A DNA stretch of 44,794 bases from Candidatus Peribacteraceae bacterium (GTDB lineage Bacteria > Patescibacteriota > Gracilibacteria > Peribacterales > Peribacteraceae). The stretch spans positions 1 to 44,794 of the forward strand of contig JALHMU010000002.1 of NCBI GenBank assembly GCA_022843885.1. Reading direction: 5' to 3'. Below the pieces are notes generated by a model. That model made no database searches and was not told the DNA's origin. It saw only the letters and a list, made by a program, of their open reading frames with translations. Positions 43,880-44,794 of this stretch are shown here, in pieces; the first letter of the stretch is position 1; every line of letters starts with the position of its first letter. The position numbers and the translations under genes are program-made.

Positions 43880-44101
43880 TTAGGCAGCCCCAATGCGATT
43901 GATAGTCGGCGCTATCTGAGTGGCCTCGAACAACGGCAGACTGACGCAGGAACAACTCTGGAAATATTCCTTTTTCGCTCCGCATTCTGGACAGCTCCAG
44001 TCTTCCGGCAATTGTTCGAACTCAATGGCAGGCTTGCCGTTCGCGGGCAGCCCCTGTCCTTCGTCGACAATGTAATTACAGAGTGTGCAAATGAATTTCA
44101 T
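43880..44101 (-). CDS. Rubredoxin-like protein with C-terminal extension
   Basis: CTLCNYIVDE....LPEDWSCPECGAKKEYF has the two CxxC knuckles. ATG 44101 is preceded by GGAGG. Confidence 0.8.
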   Translation of the reverse strand: MKFICTLCNYIVDEGQGLPANGKPAIEFEQLPEDWSCPECGAKKEYFQSCSCVSLPLFEATQIAPTINRIGAA

Positions 44102-44123
44102 GACTTTATCCTCCACCTATTCA

Positions 44124-44143
44124 ATACAAATGTACCTTTGTAT
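44124..44143. promoter_or_regulatory. Inverted repeat ATACAAA-tgtacc-TTTGTAT, candidate Rrf2 operator
   Basis: Read directly. It lies in the divergent intergenic region between the rubredoxin/RIC operon and the Rrf2 regulator gene. Confidence 0.4.
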
Positions 44144-44241
44144 CCATAATAACACTTTAACGCACCTCGTCAAGACCGCTAACGCCCGCTGCGTGGTATT
44201 CTGTATATAAAGGTATAAAAGTTCACAAAGGGAGGTTAGCC

Positions 44242-44691
44242 ATGATTTCTCAAACAGCCGAATACGCTTTGCGGGCTATGGTTTTTTTGGCTATGAGAGA
44301 TTCGGCTGCGACCGGACAAGAGATAGCTGAAACCACCAAAGTGCCACCCGGCTACCTGAGCAAAATTATGCAGCAGCTTGTCAAAGGCAAGCTGGTAAAT
44401 TCACAACGCGGTATTGGTGGCGGTTTCACCCTATCAAAGCGACCTGTTGAAATATCCATTCTGGATGTGATCAACGCTGTTGATCCAATTGACAGAATTA
44501 CTTCATGCCCTCTTGGTATTCAGTCGCACGGTTTCAATCTTTGCCCTTTACACAAGCGGCTATCGGAAGCAACATCCAATGTAGAATCCGCTTTTGCCGC
44601 ATCGAATCTCAGCGAACTTGTTGAAGAATCGAAGAGCCCTTTGTGCGCAAGTGTTCCATTGACGCCGAGCGAAACGCTGCCTCAATGCTAG
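44242..44691 (+). CDS. Rrf2-family transcriptional regulator (NsrR/IscR-like)
   Basis: MISQTAEYALRAMVFLA...GYLSKIMQQLVKGKLVNSQRGIGGGFTL is the Rrf2 wHTH signature. There are Cys residues in SCPLGIQSHGFNLCPLH. It is divergent from a RIC/hemerythrin operon. Confidence 0.85.
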   Translation: MISQTAEYALRAMVFLAMRDSAATGQEIAETTKVPPGYLSKIMQQLVKGKLVNSQRGIGGGFTLSKRPVEISILDVINAVDPIDRITSCPLGIQSHGFNLCPLHKRLSEATSNVESAFAASNLSELVEESKSPLCASVPLTPSETLPQC

Positions 44692-44794
44692 TTTTAAACT
44701 CAAGTCAGAGTATGAGCTGGTGAGTGTTCTGCAATTTCTGAAAATGCAAGAACATGTCCATCAAGATCCAAGCAATATGCTACGCACATTCCCC

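Overview
This is a mosaic, accessory-rich bacterial window of moderate GC, with visibly GC-richer blocks at about 8.5-16.1 kb and 27.4-31.3 kb. I saw no rRNA, tRNA, CRISPR array or DDE transposase. All family calls come from motifs recognised by eye in the supplied translations; no database search or folding was run. Main content: (1) Three diverged paralogous modules are built around a protein with archaeo-eukaryotic primase (AEP/prim-pol)-like motifs (794-2038, 23911-25539, 33035-34642, all minus strand). Two are paired with a divergent HTH+coiled-coil gene, one with an intact serine recombinase, and one with an iteron/AT-rich origin-like region at the window start. (2) A polymorphic-toxin cassette at 18154-20700 has a deaminase-type C-terminus, a SUKH/SMI1 immunity gene and a small Zn-ribbon gene. 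(3) A plasmid/ICE leading-region-like block at 26.0-31.0 kb carries a GP88-like gene, SSB, RadC/JAB, VapBC, NADAR and a second copy of the Zn-ribbon gene. (4) There are two HNH_5-like (Abi-type) genes. One sits beside a cytoplasmic trypsin-like protease; the other is wedged between a truncated resolvase and a truncated receiver gene. (5) A GC-richer block holds a katG remnant, a lactonase-like propeller, System II cytochrome c maturation genes (resB/ccsA) and two tandem cytochrome P460 genes. (6) The rest includes DUF417, NDH-2, an ECF sigma factor, orphan response regulators, XRE regulators, a minimal RHS-core toxin, and a nitrosative-stress cluster (hemerythrin, RIC/YtfE, rubredoxin, Rrf2 regulator) at the right end. 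The best candidates for something new are the deaminase toxin cassette, the shared Zn-ribbon partner of SUKH and NADAR, the prim-pol-like/HTH-coiled-coil/recombinase module with its repeat-dense spacer, and the protease + degenerate-HNH pair.
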